From contig CAUYUJ010000192.1 in NCBI GenBank assembly GCA_963575745.1, positions 558,001 through 622,000 on the forward strand: 64,000 nt of DNA. The letters run 5' to 3'. Under the pieces are notes generated by a model, which did not search any database, was not told the DNA's origin, and saw nothing but the letters and a program-made list of their open reading frames with translations. This stretch comes from Prorocentrum cordatum. Its lineage: Eukaryota. This document shows positions 36,700-50,600 of this stretch, one piece after another; the first letter of the stretch is position 1; each line of letters begins with the position of its first letter. A program made the translations under genes and the position numbers.

Positions 36700-37947
36700 A
36701 ATTCAACCTTGAACGATCGGCCTTTCCACCCGCTCAGCATCGGCCGACTCTGGGCCGCCAGCGGCATCCGACGTCGAGCGCCCGCGGCGGGGTCGCCGCC
36801 GGTCGACGCGGCGCGAGCCCAGCGCGCCCCTCCCGCCAGGAGGCCGAGCATCCACGCGGCCGCGCGGGCAGACGCGCCAAGCGCGTGCAGCAGCGTGCGG
36901 GGATAAAGGAGCGAACACAGAAATAAGAATACACGCCGGTCGGAAGAAGTGGGTAGAATCATGTTGCTTCCATCGTACGTAAAGACCACATCCCAGAAAC
37001 AATTTCGAGCACCTGGAAAAGTGTCGAAAGAGTGTCGAAACAGTGTCTCCAAGGGCCCGACGCGTGAAAACCCTAGAGTTTGGGAGTGCTTTTCTGGTGC
37101 TCGAGATTATTTTTGGTGGTCAAGGCTAAAGTAATTTGGAACATCATAAGGGTAGAAACATGAAGTTGGAACGCGGATCAAGTAGATTAGGTTCAGGCCC
37201 TCCCTCCGAGTAACAAGCCATAATAACATCAGGTCGATTCTTGAAGGAGGAAGGCGCTTGAAGTAGACTGGGATCTGGGGATCCGAAAATACCTACTTTC
37301 AACGACTGGCGTGTAAGCATGAACGTACAAAGAGGGCATGATAGGGGAACTAGCACTACCATACAAGCAATGAGCATACACATAAGCATGGCAGAAACAT
37401 ACATAGAAGCATAACGCGCAAATTTCTCGGATTGGCGCTGGACACCCTTGGCGGCGCCTCTGGCGCAGCGCCTGGCGCGCTCCGCGCGCCAAGGAGGGGG
37501 GTCCAGCACCGATCCGAGAAATCCGCGCGGAGCGACAAATTATCCCGGCAAAGCAACCTAACAGCGATGTGTGAAGCATATCTGGGAGCATTCCCCTCGA
37601 GATTCATGTAGGAGTCCTGTTATAGACGCAACTGGGCCTCCAGAATCCAGACGCCATGAAGGCGAATCTTGGAACGTCATGGATCCCCGCAACTGGGCCT
37701 CCAGAGGCCGGAACCGCTGAGAAAAACCTTGCGTATCCGTCCTCGAACCACTCCTCGAACCACTCCTCGTCCTCCTCCTCCTCCTCCTCCTCCTCCTCCT
37801 CCTCCTCCTCCCTCTGAGCACACCGCGGCGCTCGACAGGAGGCATCTCTCCTCCTCACTGCTCATGGGCTTTCGGATGCATCAGCCTGCCTCAGCGTCTG
37901 CCTCAGCCTGCCTCAGCCTCAGCCGCAGCCTCAGCCTCAGCCTCACT

Positions 37948-38138
37948 TGAGTTCCCCCATATCAGGCGTGGACCCGCGGCACCCCCGATTGACTTCCCCC
38001 ATATCAGGCGTGCACCCGCGGCCCCCCCGACTGAGTTCCCCCATATCAGGCAAGAACCCGCGGCACCCGTCAGCTGAGTTCCCCCATATCAGGCGTGGAC
38101 CCGCGGCACCCCCGACTGAGTTCCCCCATATCAGGCGC
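37948..38138 (+). repeat. About 40-bp tandem repeat x5
   Basis: tgagttcccccatatcaggcgtggacccgcggcaccccgac. Confidence 0.9.
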
Positions 38139-39460
38139 GGATCCCCGGATTCCCGCGGGGATCCCCGGATTCCCGCGGCACCCGTCCGGCATCTGCCCAG
38201 ACCGCCCCCTGGGGAGTCATGGTGCTCTCTTTTGAGACCACAAGAAACCTAGCAGTCTTCGCTGTTAGGTAAAAAAATGATTATGGCGTTTTGTTCCTAT
38301 TTCCAGGTCTGGATCCTCCCGGTCTGGCTCTGGCTCAGGCGCTGGTGCCCGTCCTCCACTGTCAGCGCCTGTCCGCGCTTGTGCCGAGATCGGGTGGCCG
38401 CCGTTGCCACGAGGAGCCGCCCAAAGGCCCGCAAGGCCCGAAGGGCGCCCTCGCACCTCGATCCTCGAGCCTCCTCCCGCCCGTTCGCCCATCATGAGAT
38501 TCGACGTTGCGAGAATACTGCAGCACCCCGAAGCACGACGGGAGCTCCGGACCCCATGTTTCTTCGGCACTGGTCCAGCCCGATCGATCCGTGGGGGTCC
38601 TCGGCCCCGAAGCCATGCGAAGTCGCCAGAATTGTAGAAAAAATGCGACGTCTGGAACTCAAGGAACTCACGAGCGGCGAGTATATCCATATCCGCGCCC
38701 TCTGGATTCCGGGGCGCGATCCCGCGGATACGCGGTCGCACGGGCATGTTCCGCGCGTGGCATCTGCGACAAAACGCCCCGTATCCGCGCGGTCGCGGCC
38801 CTGGGGCCCGGCCCGCGAGGCCGCGGATACGAATATGTTTTCGCCCACGAGGAACCTCGATCCTCAAGCATTCGGGCGTTGCTTGCTGCTTAATGGGTAC
38901 GATCAGTAGGGGGAACGTGCACCTTTTGTGCCCTGAGGGGGCTCTGAAGGAGTCCCCTGGTGCCCAAAAGGGGTACGAAAGGTGCACGTTGTTTCACTCC
39001 TCCCTCAGGGCACAAAAGGCGCATATTTGTTCATCCCCCCCATCGATCGCCCCCCCTCGAGGAAGCGCACATATGGATTAGCGGCGCATGGACTCGAGAA
39101 ACGCATCGGCACGTTCCGTGGCCCGAACGAACGGCCTTGGCATCATGTTTCGAGGGGACCTCCCCCTATCCTCGGCGGTGGACAAACCTCCCTTTAGTAG
39201 ACCTCCCCTTGGCGAAAACGGCCTGGGACCGAAACCGGCGGACCCGGACCCGCAAAAATGACGGCCGCGACGCCCTCTCGCGAAACGAAAGCGGCCAATT
39301 CCTTAATCGACGTGTCAGGGGAGGAGGAGGAGGAGGAGGAGGAGGAGGAGGAGGAGGAGGAGGAGGAGGTCTGTCCATCCCCCGATATCCGTGGACCTGG
39401 CCTGGCCGCCACGCGCCAAGATCCACGGATGCCCCATCCGTGCTTCGGAGCCAGGCGGTA

Positions 39461-39640
39461 CAGTCGGGGCCTTGACCTAAGGAACCCAAAATAAGGAACG
39501 AGGCCCCTGTTTTCCATAGGTTCAACTGCGATCTCCGATCGAGAGCATGAGGAAAAAACCTGAGGCAAGCTGCGAAACACTTTTAAGGAACGCGGGGCCC
39601 CTCCCCAACGGAGAGGGTTCCTTCTTCAGGGCCCCGACTG
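39461..39640. mobile_element. Tc1/mariner-type MITE (TA|CAGTCGGGGC...GCCCCGACTG|TA)
   Basis: About 28-bp TIR with TA on both sides; related decayed copy from about 35135. Confidence 0.75.
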
Positions 39641-40090
39641 TACTGGTGGGCTTGCTTTCCACCACCACCACCATAAGTAGGAAGGGGAGGGGGCCCTCCT
39701 CCTCCTCTTCTCTTTATTCCTCCTCCTCATCCTCCACGTCCTTCCCCCCTCCAACTTATGGTGGTGGTGGTGCAGAAAAGGCCCATCATGTACGCTGTGG
39801 GAGTCCAAACATCGGTCCCGGAGCCAGCCGCGGCGACGCAGGGGGGCGCCCCCCCCCCCCCCGAGAGGTCGACCACCTGGAGCCAGCCGACGCTCCGAGC
39901 AAAACTCGGCGCAAGCAGCGGGGCGGGTCATTGGCCAGCCACTCTCGGCTCCTCCTCGGCCTCCTCCTCGGTCTCCTCCTCTCCTCCTCTCCTCCTCCTC
40001 CTCCTCCACCTCCTCCTCCTCCTCCTCCTCCTCCTCCTCCTCCTCCTCCTCCTCCTCCTCCCCTCCTCCTCCTCCCTCCTCCTCCCCAGG

Positions 40091-40300
40091 GGCGGGCAGT
40101 ACTTCTATCCATATCCTGAGCGTCTTGGACTTCTCGGGAAGGGGCGCCCAAAACGCCGAGGCGCACCGGGTGCGGATGAAAGTCAGGCCTCTCAAGGCAC
40201 CAGACGTTTTTTTATCCATGTCCGGTGCGTCTACGGGCTTCTGGGGAAGAGAGCCCAGGACTCCAAGACGCACTGGATGTGGATAGAACTGCTGCCCGCA
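40091..40300. mobile_element. MITE with about 40-bp TIR and 5-bp TSD ccagg
   Basis: gcgggcagtacttctatccatatcc / ggatgtggatagaactgctgcccgca; ccagg at 40086 and 40301. Confidence 0.8.
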
Positions 40301-40744
40301 CCAGGGGCCCGTCAAAAAGCGACTCTCGCGACGAGAAACCAGCCCTGGGGAAGTGGAGTCCAGACCCCCCCGGGGGCCCCACGCCTCGAAACAAGGGGCG
40401 GCCAGAGGAGGAGGGGGAGGAGGAGGAGGAGGAGGAGGAGGAGGAGGAGGAGGAGGAGGAGGAGGAGGAGGAGAGGAGGAGGGAGGAGGAGGAGGAGGGG
40501 GAGGAGGAGGAGGGGGGAGGGGGAGGAGGGGGGAGGAGGAGGAGGAGGAGGAGGAGGAGGAGGAGGAGGAGGAGGAGGAGGAGGAGGAGGGGGAGGAGGA
40601 GGAGGAGGAGGGCGAGGAGGAGGAGGAGGGGGGGGAGGAGGAGGGAGGCCTCCTCCCCCCCCAGCCGCGGCTTGGGCCTCCCGCCAGCCGTGGGCCCCCA
40701 GCTTGGCCACCGCCGCGCCGCGCCCGCCCCCCCCCCGTCCCCAC

Positions 40745-40798
40745 GCTGTTGCCGAGGGGCTCCGTGGGGTACTGCAGGCCGCGCGCGATGGAGCCAGC
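40745..40798 (-). CDS. Host gene exon c (AGSIARGLQYPTEPLGNS)
   Basis: gcggcag|GCT GGC TCC ATC...AAC AGC|gtgggg; 54 nt, phase 0/0, bridges exons b and d in frame. Confidence 0.8.
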
Positions 40799-41534
40799 CT
40801 GCCGCCGCGGCCCTCCACGCCGTCGCCGCCCTCGAGAGAGAGGGAGAGAGCAGGATACAGTCGGCATCGAAGCCGGGGCTCGGACCGAATCGAGACGTGC
40901 ATCGGCAAGGAGGTCGGAATCGGCCTGCCGCTGGCCCTCCATGGCGTCGCCGTCGTCGAGAGGAGGAATTGCGGCAGGCCGGTATCAGCCAAGGTGTTGG
41001 CGGATTCGCGGCAAATGGCGGCAGCCGATCAGCGGCAGATGGCGGCCCACGCCCCACGCAAGCTGTCCACCACTCGCCCCTGATTCGCCGATAGCGGAAG
41101 CGAAACGCCCCCGACACATATAGACTTCCCGAGCAGAAGCAGGGCTTCCATACCATCAAACCTGAAGGGGGAGAGAGAGAGAGAGAGAGAGACTCGCCAT
41201 CGCTCGGACGTCCATTCTCTGTGTTTTTTTCGGCTTCGTGCGTGGTTTTTTCGCCAAATGATCAAGGATGCTCCTCGATGGCCCTCGCCGAAGGAAAGCT
41301 GCACACGTCCGAGCGATGCCAAGGAGAGAGAGAGAGAGAGAGAGAGAGGCACAGATCCCCCCGAAAACTTTGTGTGTACTGTGCTCCAGAGCCCTGGATG
41401 GGTGGGTGGGGGTTCTGGCCGTGGGTTTGGCATACCAGACTCCCTACCTGGGGCGCGGTTTCCGTGTACCGAACGTGGCCCCGTCGGGCAGAATCTGACC
41501 AGGGTGGGGGGGGTATACAACAAAATCTCGTCTT

Positions 41535-41760
41535 CCTCGTCGCCCTCGACGCCTCGTCGTCCTCGTCGCCCTCGTCGCCCTCGTCGCCCTTCGTCGCCCT
41601 TCGTCGCCCTTCGTCGCCCTCGTCGCCCTTCGTCGCCCTTCGTCGCCCTCGTCCTCGTCGCCCTGGTCGCCCTTGTCGCCCACGTCGCTCTTCGTCGCCC
41701 TCGTCGCCCTCGTCGTCCTCGTCGCTGTCGCCTTCGTCGCCCTCGCGTCGCCCTCGCGGC
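41535..41760 (+). repeat. (cgtcgccct[t])n minisatellite
   Basis: Directly visible. Confidence 0.95.
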
Positions 41761-44746
41761 GCAGATGGGCGTATCGAGAGGGAAGAGGTCGCCGCGTGCG
41801 CGCCGCCAGTCCCCTCGTCGTGCCCTCTCGTGTGTTCCCTTCCTCCTTCGCGCGCGGCGGGCCGCGAGAGACTCCTCTGGCCCTCGCCGTGCTCGCCGTC
41901 GACGCTCGAGGATTGGAGGCGCGCAGAGGGGGGCAGAGGGGGAGGTTTGGGAAGGTGCGCGAGGCGCCGGAAGGTTTTTTTTGTTTGTTTCGTTTTTTTG
42001 TTTGTTTTTGTTTGGGAGGGGGGGGGGCAACGGCTTCCAGCAGTTGGGCACTGATGGACTGTAGTGTTGGAGGGGCTTGGTGGCGCTGTGGTTGGGGGAG
42101 GAAAAAAAAAAAAAAAAAAAAAACAAAACGCCGGGAGGTTTCTGGCCCCTTTCGGCCTGTGGGAGCCGTTTTTGGGCCCCGGGGCCTTCAGAAGCGGGTC
42201 CGGGTTGAAAAATTGCACCAGATGGACCCCGTGAGGGCTCCAGGGATCGAGTTTGAACGAATCTAGCCTCGAGAACTGGCGGCGCGTAAAGGAAGGTAGG
42301 GTTCAAAGGACCAGGGTTCGCTGGGGACTGGCTTCCCCCCAAAACAACGAAAACCCTTCCAAAACCCCCCCAAACCCTCCGAAAAGCCTCCCGGGATCCC
42401 TCCCGGAGGGTCTTCGGAGGGTTTCGGGAAAGTTTCGGCGGCTCTGCAAGGAAACCAGTCTCGAATGAATCCTGGACCTTTTGAGGGTGGGGGGAGGGGG
42501 GAAGGCTTCTTAGAACGAGTCGGTTTCTTAGAAGGCGCGGGCCTTACATCTACAGAGAAGGCCTGCGCCTTCTAAGAAGCAGGGGCGCTTCTGAGGAGCC
42601 TTCCCCCCTCCCTGCAATTACCCCCCTTCTGCGCGTGGCTGGAAGAATGCATATTGGAGATGCTGGGCCCAAACATGCTTGCATCACTGGGTCGCGCGTG
42701 AGAATTTTACGACGTATTTGCTGTTTGGCCGTGTTTTTGGCCTCTGCATTGGACTTGCTGTTTGGCCGTGTTTTTGGCCTTTGTGGGCCCTCGCCGCGCA
42801 CCGGGACCGTCAAAAAACGGCCCAAAATGGAACCCGTTTTGGGATATTCGCCATGACGCCCGTGACCGGCCCCGTCCCCCATTCCAGCCCCCACCCTTGG
42901 TCACGTCACGATCCGCGCTGGCGCCATCTGGGAACAACCCATTCTCAGGCATTCCCAGACGGCGCCAGCGCGACTCGTGACGTGACTGGTCTCCTTAGCA
43001 AGCAAAAAATCCACCCGCATACTACGCACCCCGACACGCGAAGCCGTTTAGTAAACGCCCCCACTGAAGGAATCGAACAGGGCAGGGCTGTGTAGTAAAC
43101 GCCCAAAGCCGTTTAGTAAACGCCGATTGTCCGGTCAGGGTGGTTTTTCCTCCCTTGACTCCTCCCCCCACCCCCCACCCTTTGGCCACGCCCTTTCTAT
43201 CGCCAGGGAGCCCAAAGCGGTCTCATGAAAAGCCGTTCCTGGGGAAGGGGCCGGGCCTTCCGAGGACCCAGGGTTTGAAAAAACAGGACGTCGGATGGAC
43301 TGGTCGCCACTGGCCGCGGCGTCCTTCCGCGGCCGCTGCCGGGCCGCTGAGCACGGGCTGGCCGCACCGGCCCACCCCTGCCGAAGGTCTTCGCGCGGCG
43401 GGTGCCCTCCACCTCTGCTCTCGTGACTCTCCCCCCCTCTCGAACCACTCTGCCCCCTACTGTCTGCTCAACTCTATCTCTGTCTCGACTCTACTCTCTC
43501 TCTCTCTCTCTATCTCTCCTCTGACCTCCACTCTTGACTCTCTACCCTCCAGCCTGCCCCCCGCTCCTCTCCCGCCGCCAGCCACTCCGTCCGCACGCTC
43601 CCGGCCGACGGGAGCGCGCAGGCGGGCCGCCTCTGCCGCGCTGCGGCGGGCCAAAAGAAATGCCGGCCTCCACCCTCGGCAGCAGCTCGTGGGAGCCCTC
43701 TGCCCTCGCAGCTCCGCCTTCAGCGTCGACCAGCGTCGAGGAGCGTCCGGAGCCCGATGAGATGGCGCCGATCTAGCGTCGGCTGGCGTCGATTCAGGAT
43801 CGATTCGCAGGAGTTGGCAAGATGGTATGGGAGGCTCCTACGAGTTGCCACCGAACCCATCGCCGTGGTCGTCGAGGACGCCGTCGAGGATCGAAGGCCC
43901 ATCTTGGGAGGTCCTGGAGGCCGCCTCGGGCCTCCAGGAGGCCACCCACGCGGCCGCGCTCGGGCTGCAGCTGGCAGACTCTGGCAGGATCACCATCCGG
44001 GAGAGGGCCGAGGCTCGGGGTCAATCGTCAGCGTCGGCGTCATCGACAGCGCTGGGTCAGAACACAAACGACACAACCCCACCTGCGACCCCACGGGCAT
44101 TCTCAGACCACGCATTCCGGCTCGGTCTGCTGCGTGGTGTGCGCCACGGCCCCCGATGTGTGCCGCGGCGCAACATGGCGGGCCGTGAGGAAGAGTGGTG
44201 TGGTCTATCTTGTGGTCGAAGCGTCGCCATGCCCAGACATCCGATGGCTTGATGTTTCAGATTGCACCACAGCGCATATATTTGGCCAACATGTTCCACA
44301 AGCCTGGTTGCTCCAAACAGCCTCAACCACACAGGCGGCAGCTCACAGACGGCGCAGTGCAGCTTGCATCACTTAGTGTGCACCAAAGAGACTGCCCCGC
44401 ACGTATTGTATCAAAGAATTGTGCGCCCCATACACTGCACCACCTAGCTTGCATTCTATGTGTTAAATCGCAAGAGTACAAGAATCGCTGCGTGGGGCCC
44501 AGAACACACGGATTTGGCTATACATCATCAACCTGATCCACTCCCTTCCCCGTCTATCAACACAGAAATTGTATCACGTGGATGAACAATCGCTGCTAAT
44601 AAAGAGAAACCCCTTGCCTCTAGGTCCACACCTACAATCAAGGGGATACATAATGACCGGGAGCATGTTATGAGTTGCGGTCAACTCATGGTCAATGCTA
44701 ACATGCAGGCTGGAACAACATAAGATTGCAAGCGGAGGCAGGGAAC

Positions 44747-44802
44747 CGTTGTGCCAGAGGCCTTGTTGACCCAGTACACAAAGAAATTGTCCACCGCAAC
44801 GC
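44747..44802 (-). CDS. Host gene exon b (GVAVDNFFVYWVNKASGTT)
   Basis: acagcag|GC GTT GCG GTG GAC AAT TTC TTT GTG TAC TGG...ACA ACG|gttccc; 56 nt, GT donor; propeller-blade motif GVAVD...VYW. Confidence 0.88.
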
Positions 44803-45703
44803 CTGCTGTCATGACGTGAGAGATGCAAAGCGGGGTGCTGCAAGTCGGCCGCTGCTTGGGGATCTCTTCCCCATCTCTAAGCCGTAAGCCGATCCTCGCA
44901 AGTGCTGCGCAGATGCGGAAATCTGGGCGTGTCGTGTCTCCAAGGCCGCGCTGACGGCGTGCTTGGTTAACGGTGCGGTTGGGAATATTGTTTCTGCGAC
45001 ACCGAACTCACACAAAACAAAATGCAGGAAATCGCGAACACCGTATCCTACATTCCAAAGATTCGAAGGTATCGAGCGAAAACGACGCAGCGACTTGTAG
45101 GAAAGCACGAACCACGCGTTCCTACGATTGGTCAGGCCACGAACCACGCCTTCCTGCAATCGGTTGTCCCACTTCGCCGTCCGCCAACACACCGTTGGCG
45201 CGTCCACGGCGTCTACGGCTGCCACTACGGTGCGGCGTCTCCCGAGACAGCCTGCGCCAACGAGGAGACGCGCGTGCTCGAGGGGAACAAAAGACGACGC
45301 ACACCCCCTTGGCACCTGGGAGGCGAGCCGTCCCGCATCGTGCGGCCAGCAGTTCGCGAGCTCCGCCAGCCTGCGAACATGGAGAACATGGAACGGCACG
45401 GGAACACAGCAGCCAGGTGAGCGTCTTCTTATTCGGCGTTTCGACATTGGGCGGAAGGAGGGAGGGAGGGGAGGGGTCTGGCTCCAGACCCCTGCTTAGG
45501 GCGACTGCTTGCAAGAGTGCTGCCTCTGGGGGAGACTCCACCCGCTCGAAACGAAACAGGCACCCCCAAAAAATAGCAAGATCTATACCATGGGGGGGGG
45601 GAGGGGGTTGAGGGGGCCTGCGCCGATCGGCAGAACAACACATAAAAAACGATCACCAGGAGGGAGAGCCAGTCCCACCGACGCCGAGGGGCTACGATTC
45701 TTT

Positions 45704-45953
45704 GGGTGACCCAAGAGGGGTCCAGCTGAAAGGGGGTGGTGCAATAGATTTGCGGCAATGGTATTGCACATGTATTGCGCCAGAGAATTGCATTGCATTG
45801 TATCGCAAATAATGCATTGCACGCGAAAATCCAGCAATACGCTTGCGCCCCGGAATGTATTACACGCCCCAAATGTATTGCAACCCCACAAAACTATTGC
45901 ACCAAATCTATTGCACCACCTCCTTGTCGTTGGACCTCCCTGTGGGTCAACCC
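45704..45953. mobile_element. MITE with about 50-bp imperfect TIRs; second copy 22859-23280 interrupted by a nested element
   Basis: gggtgacccaagaggggtccagc...ggtggtgcaatagattt / aaatctattgcaccacc...gggtcaaccc. Confidence 0.88.
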
Positions 45954-47689
45954 GAGACTCGCGGGCGCGGACATTCGAGACGCAAGCAATACCGCTCCCT
46001 GAGGCCCTGGCGACCCACTTCTGCTGGAGCCAGGCGCTGTCGCTCAATTTCGGGACCCGCGCCCTGATGGATCGATCCAGCGCGACAAATGAGAAAGAAA
46101 GATTGGGTTTGGGAGTCCGGTCGCGATTTTTTGCAATGCTGTTTTTGAAGATGGGGTCTGGAGGTCCAGTCGTGATTTGTTTGTGATGTTGTTTTTTTCT
46201 GCAACGTCGGATCTAAGGGCAAAACCCCGCCAATAGGATGGAGGCATATCGCACACGGCATGCCTCCATCATCATGCACTGCTCCCCCTTCAAACGGAGC
46301 ACACAAGAAACGTGTGGGAGGCCTGCCGTGCATACCGTACAGTTTAGTGTTCGGCTGCTCCCCAAAAACTAAAATGACAACTCCAAAAAAACAAATCTCA
46401 CGCAGAACAGAACAACCACAAACCCACACAACCGCCCCAGCCCAGCCATTCCGCTACAGAAAGAAACAAAACAAATAGAAATGAGCGCACTGCCCAAAAC
46501 GGAATTCTCGAGACTGCTGGCGAAACTCTCGGCAACGGCCCGCCATCCTGTCGTACACTGATAGGGTCGTGATTGGAGTAGAACCCGCACCGTCATGCCC
46601 AATCAGCTAGGACACGCTCAGTAAAGTTATGGCCCAGGCCGCGGCTGCCCTGAAGCCCGCTTCGCGCGTGTCCCCATGCAGACTGTGAGATAGCTGGTCC
46701 CCAGCACTTGCGAATAACAGTGAGCTGGCGCGGGTGGGTCGCGGGCGAAACGGCGACGACAACTCAACGCAGAATCCGCGCCGCGGAGACACATTTCACT
46801 CACGCACCCAGTGAGTGTAAGACCACCCGGCCCCGTTACTCTGATGCGCGGTGAATTCCGCAGACCAAGGAGGCGCGATTCCAGCATCAAAGGCGGTGCA
46901 GAAGTGTCCATCACCAGCGCCTTGTCCGCAGGGACAAGTGCGCGCAGCCGACTGCGCGCGCGAAGTGGCTGCAAATACTCAATCCGGAAGCGCGCCTGCC
47001 GAATGAACTTCTACTTCAGAACAGACTTCCACCCAGTGAAATTCGCAAACCCATCAAGCCATGGGCAAATGATACCCTTAGCTCTTATCTTGCACTGCTA
47101 TCCTAGCGCCCCGAGCCTTGTATTTTCTTCACCGTTCGTGGTCGTCCGCCCCCTTGCACATCCGAACTTCCCTGACCCCAGACCCGACACACTGGCCCCG
47201 AAAGGCCCCAAAAGATCCCGAGATAGCACCAGGATGGCCCCAAAATGCCATCCCTCCTCGTCACCCCCCCCGCGCCGGGGCATGTGCGCCGCGTGTTCCT
47301 TCCGAGTAGCAAACGGCGCGCTACGCGCGCTGTCCGCCACCCCCCAAGCAGATAGAATCCGGTCGCGTGACACACGCGGTTATTTGTGATACTGCTGCTT
47401 TCAAGCCTCTGCGGTCCCAACGGGCTTCTCGGGCCCCGAGGCGGCGCCGAGAGCTTGAAGAGATCCTCAAGAAGCCCCAAAAGCGATTCGAAACGCAGGC
47501 AAATCAGCGCCAGGCTGTAAAAAGAGCCCAGAACGAACGAACGAGTCTGCCGTCGCCCCGAAGGCGACCCAAGTAGGGCAGCAGGCGCTCCGCGCAGCGC
47601 GCGAGCCACCGGGAAGGCGAAACAAAAAGAACACAAGACATGAAACTCGTGATCTCGGGTGCGGGGCCTCTACCGCCAAACGCGGTTCG

Positions 47690-50600
47690 CGCGCTCGTCT
47701 TCGCGCCTCTGCCAAACATCTGACGGCTGCGCAACAGAACCAACATCATCTTCCAATCGCGCAAACCTGCCTGTCCGACATCGAACGTTGTAGGAGGAAG
47801 TTCCGCGCGATGGCTGCGACCACCATTCTGCATTTCGCCAATCGGTCGGTTGTCTCTGTTGCCCACCTATCGGGCGCCACGTTTGCAATTTTCCCACCCT
47901 GGCGCCACTTGCGTCGCAAGAGTATTTCCGTCCAGCGCGCGACGCCCACTCTTCGAGCTCCGTCGTCAGCCGCCCGCGTCGCCCTCCGCATCCACGATGA
48001 GCAATCCTCCTCAGGTCGTCGTCTGAGCCGCGCAATGCGTCGCAACATCGACCGATGGATTCCCCCCGCGACTCGGAACACCACGGTATAGTATTGAACA
48101 CTGTTGCGTCGACAACTTCAAATGATTCGCCGCCGAAGCTTTCAGTTGGCAAGCAGCGCAGAAAAATTCGAAAACTTCGCCCATAGGGGCTCTCAATCTT
48201 GAAATGGACTCGAACGACTCACGCCCACCAAAAGCAAAAGTTGCAATGCTGCCAAGCACGTTGAATCCTCATGCGCAACTGATAATGAGATACCCTTCCC
48301 AAGCCAATTGTATCTTCTGGCCCGGCAGCGCAGCTCCCCCGACGCATTGCAAACAGCAGATGCTGACGTTTAATGTCCGTTTGACGTTTGCCAACTCTCC
48401 CAGATGTCTTCCATCATTCGTCCGAGGGCTTGCCTTGATTTTGCGATTGAGGTCGCATCGCTGGCAAACATGAAGTACGCGCGGTGGCACTTTCTCAGAA
48501 AACTGTGTCCGACAATACATCCATGCGGCATTGCTTCGCATGTATTAATAATTTCGCCATAAAATTCCGGACAGTACTTGCGAAGAGGACTGGGTAGTGG
48601 ATACCCCTATTTGACGCCGCGCATAATGTCAAAATAAATGTTGCGAGCGGTCGCGCTGCTTTTACACGTTTTGAACTGCGCCCACCTCCTCCTCCCCCAC
48701 ACCCGTTGCTAGCAAACCATTAAAAACGGTGTGCATGATGTTGCCAAATGCTTTCTCTAAACCGATGGATGCGGCCCATGCATGTTACCCCCTTCGTTTC
48801 CGTTCCCACTGGTCATCCGCAAGCGATGCGCCAAACCACAGCAGCCGCATCCTTTGAGAAAGCCCACTTCTTCTGGAGTTCTGGCATGGTGCATGGTCTC
48901 CCCCATTTGTCTGAACAATTCGCTACTGTATAGCAAAACAAATGGAATGATTACGACTGGTGTGTCATTGTTCGACAAGCTCGCGTCCCCTTTTTGGAGC
49001 AACGCCACTATTCTGAAATATTCTAAGACTCTGGAACGCGCGCTTCCCCATTCAGTAAACAAAAAGACGCGTCCCAGCAGTTGTACCAACGCACGAATCT
49101 TGTCATGACCACCAACTTTTAGCATCTCTGCCACAAGCCCGTCTTCGGCGCACGCTCTGTGGCGTTTCAAACTCTGCATGCACTGTGCCAAGTCGCCCTT
49201 CATATCCTGCGCTGTCGTTGCACGGAGCCTCTCCGTCCCACCATGCGCCCCACAGCCCTCGGAATACGCAGATTTATACAACATATGCGAATACTGTTGC
49301 TACCCCGTTCTGGCCAGCTTTCCCTGTGCCCTCCCTATACGCGATGCTGGCCGCGCGTCTGCATTTCCAAAGTTGCTTCTGGAACTGCGGCAACTTGCTC
49401 GCAGCCCCTCTCATGATCACATCACACAGCTACTTGCTTAACCTTTCCCTTGCCTTTTGCCGCAGAGCTCGATTCAAACAGATTGCCTCGGTCGGTTTTT
49501 TTTTGGTGGCGGCCAATTCTTCCCTCAACGTCTTAATGCGTTCGTGTTCGCCCAGGTTGTTCGTTCCCTCCTTTTTCTCTGCCCTGCCACGTTGTGCCGC
49601 TGCCTTCAAGATTGCATGCGTCACCGCTGTCACACCGTTGGGGCAATCATTCATAACAAAACGTCGAACGTCATGATAGTTTCATTTACCCACTTAAAGA
49701 AACCATCCTTTGCCCACAACCGCGTGCGTCCACCTTGTAAGTATTCCTCCGGACGGTGCCGAATTTCGTCCACACTGCCCTGTGGCTTATTCGGCGCACG
49801 AAATAAGACATAATGCCAGTATTGCACAACTCCGGCTGCACAAACATATCCATGAATATGGAATACGTTTGACAACATTCCTCTGTACCCTACAATTTGT
49901 GGGACCGTGCATGCCCCACTTTTTTGTAAAATATGCGTTGGTGATGATGAGCTTGTTTTTGCATCCTCGCGTCGGCACATGATTGCGCGACCAGACGCCC
50001 AAGCCAGATTTGCAGATGCGCATTGGATTCTCAGATTTCTCTCTCTGGCAAACCTTTGCGTTTGCATCAATGCCAATCACAACGTGCCTTTTTCCCTTCG
50101 GCTCGCCAGAATGATTGAGCGCAACAGATCGAAAGATGACTCACACTCCGCAGCCGAGCCACCAGCTTGACGCGAACGTGCGAATCTGAGTTTCCATAAT
50201 TCCCCGCTGTACGATGAAATCTGCGCAAGCTATCCGCCCGCCCTCGACGACATCAAGGCCCTCGAAATCAGACGCCCAACTTTTACGAATGAGAATGGCA
50301 ACGCTTCTCCGTCTTGGTCCCCGCGCGCCCCCACGCACCACATGCGCCCTACGACGACATCCTGTAACGTGCTGGCGTCGCTGTATGGGCCTTCTTCAAA
50401 CCAAGATGGTGTACCAACGATCTGTCAACTTAGCAGCTCGAAACAAAATCGTCTCGAACGATTCTTCGCTCCTTCCAGCGGCGTTCCATAATGCGATCCT
50501 CATCCCTGCATGAGTTGGGGGCCACGCTGGCTCAGCCCCTGCTGCGCACTGAAGCCTCGCAACGACTCCATCGAGAGAACCCCCCCAAAAAAAAGATAAC

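Larger units (their letters stand above)
30280..37310 (+). repeat. Cluster of at least 6 copies of a ggtcggaagaagtgggtagaaacatgaagt-type repeat
   Basis: Copies near 30285, 30703, 34714, 35440, 36937, 37150. Confidence 0.75.

Noticed and set aside
39444..39476. Candidate exon VKAPTVPPGSE
   Set aside because: Its acceptor and 5' half are the TIR of a Tc1-type MITE, and it is not needed for the reading frame.
41436..41447. 12-nt micro-exon VGSL with AG/GT boundaries
   Set aside because: Exon c (AGSIARG...) already supplies this segment in frame; including both would duplicate the motif.
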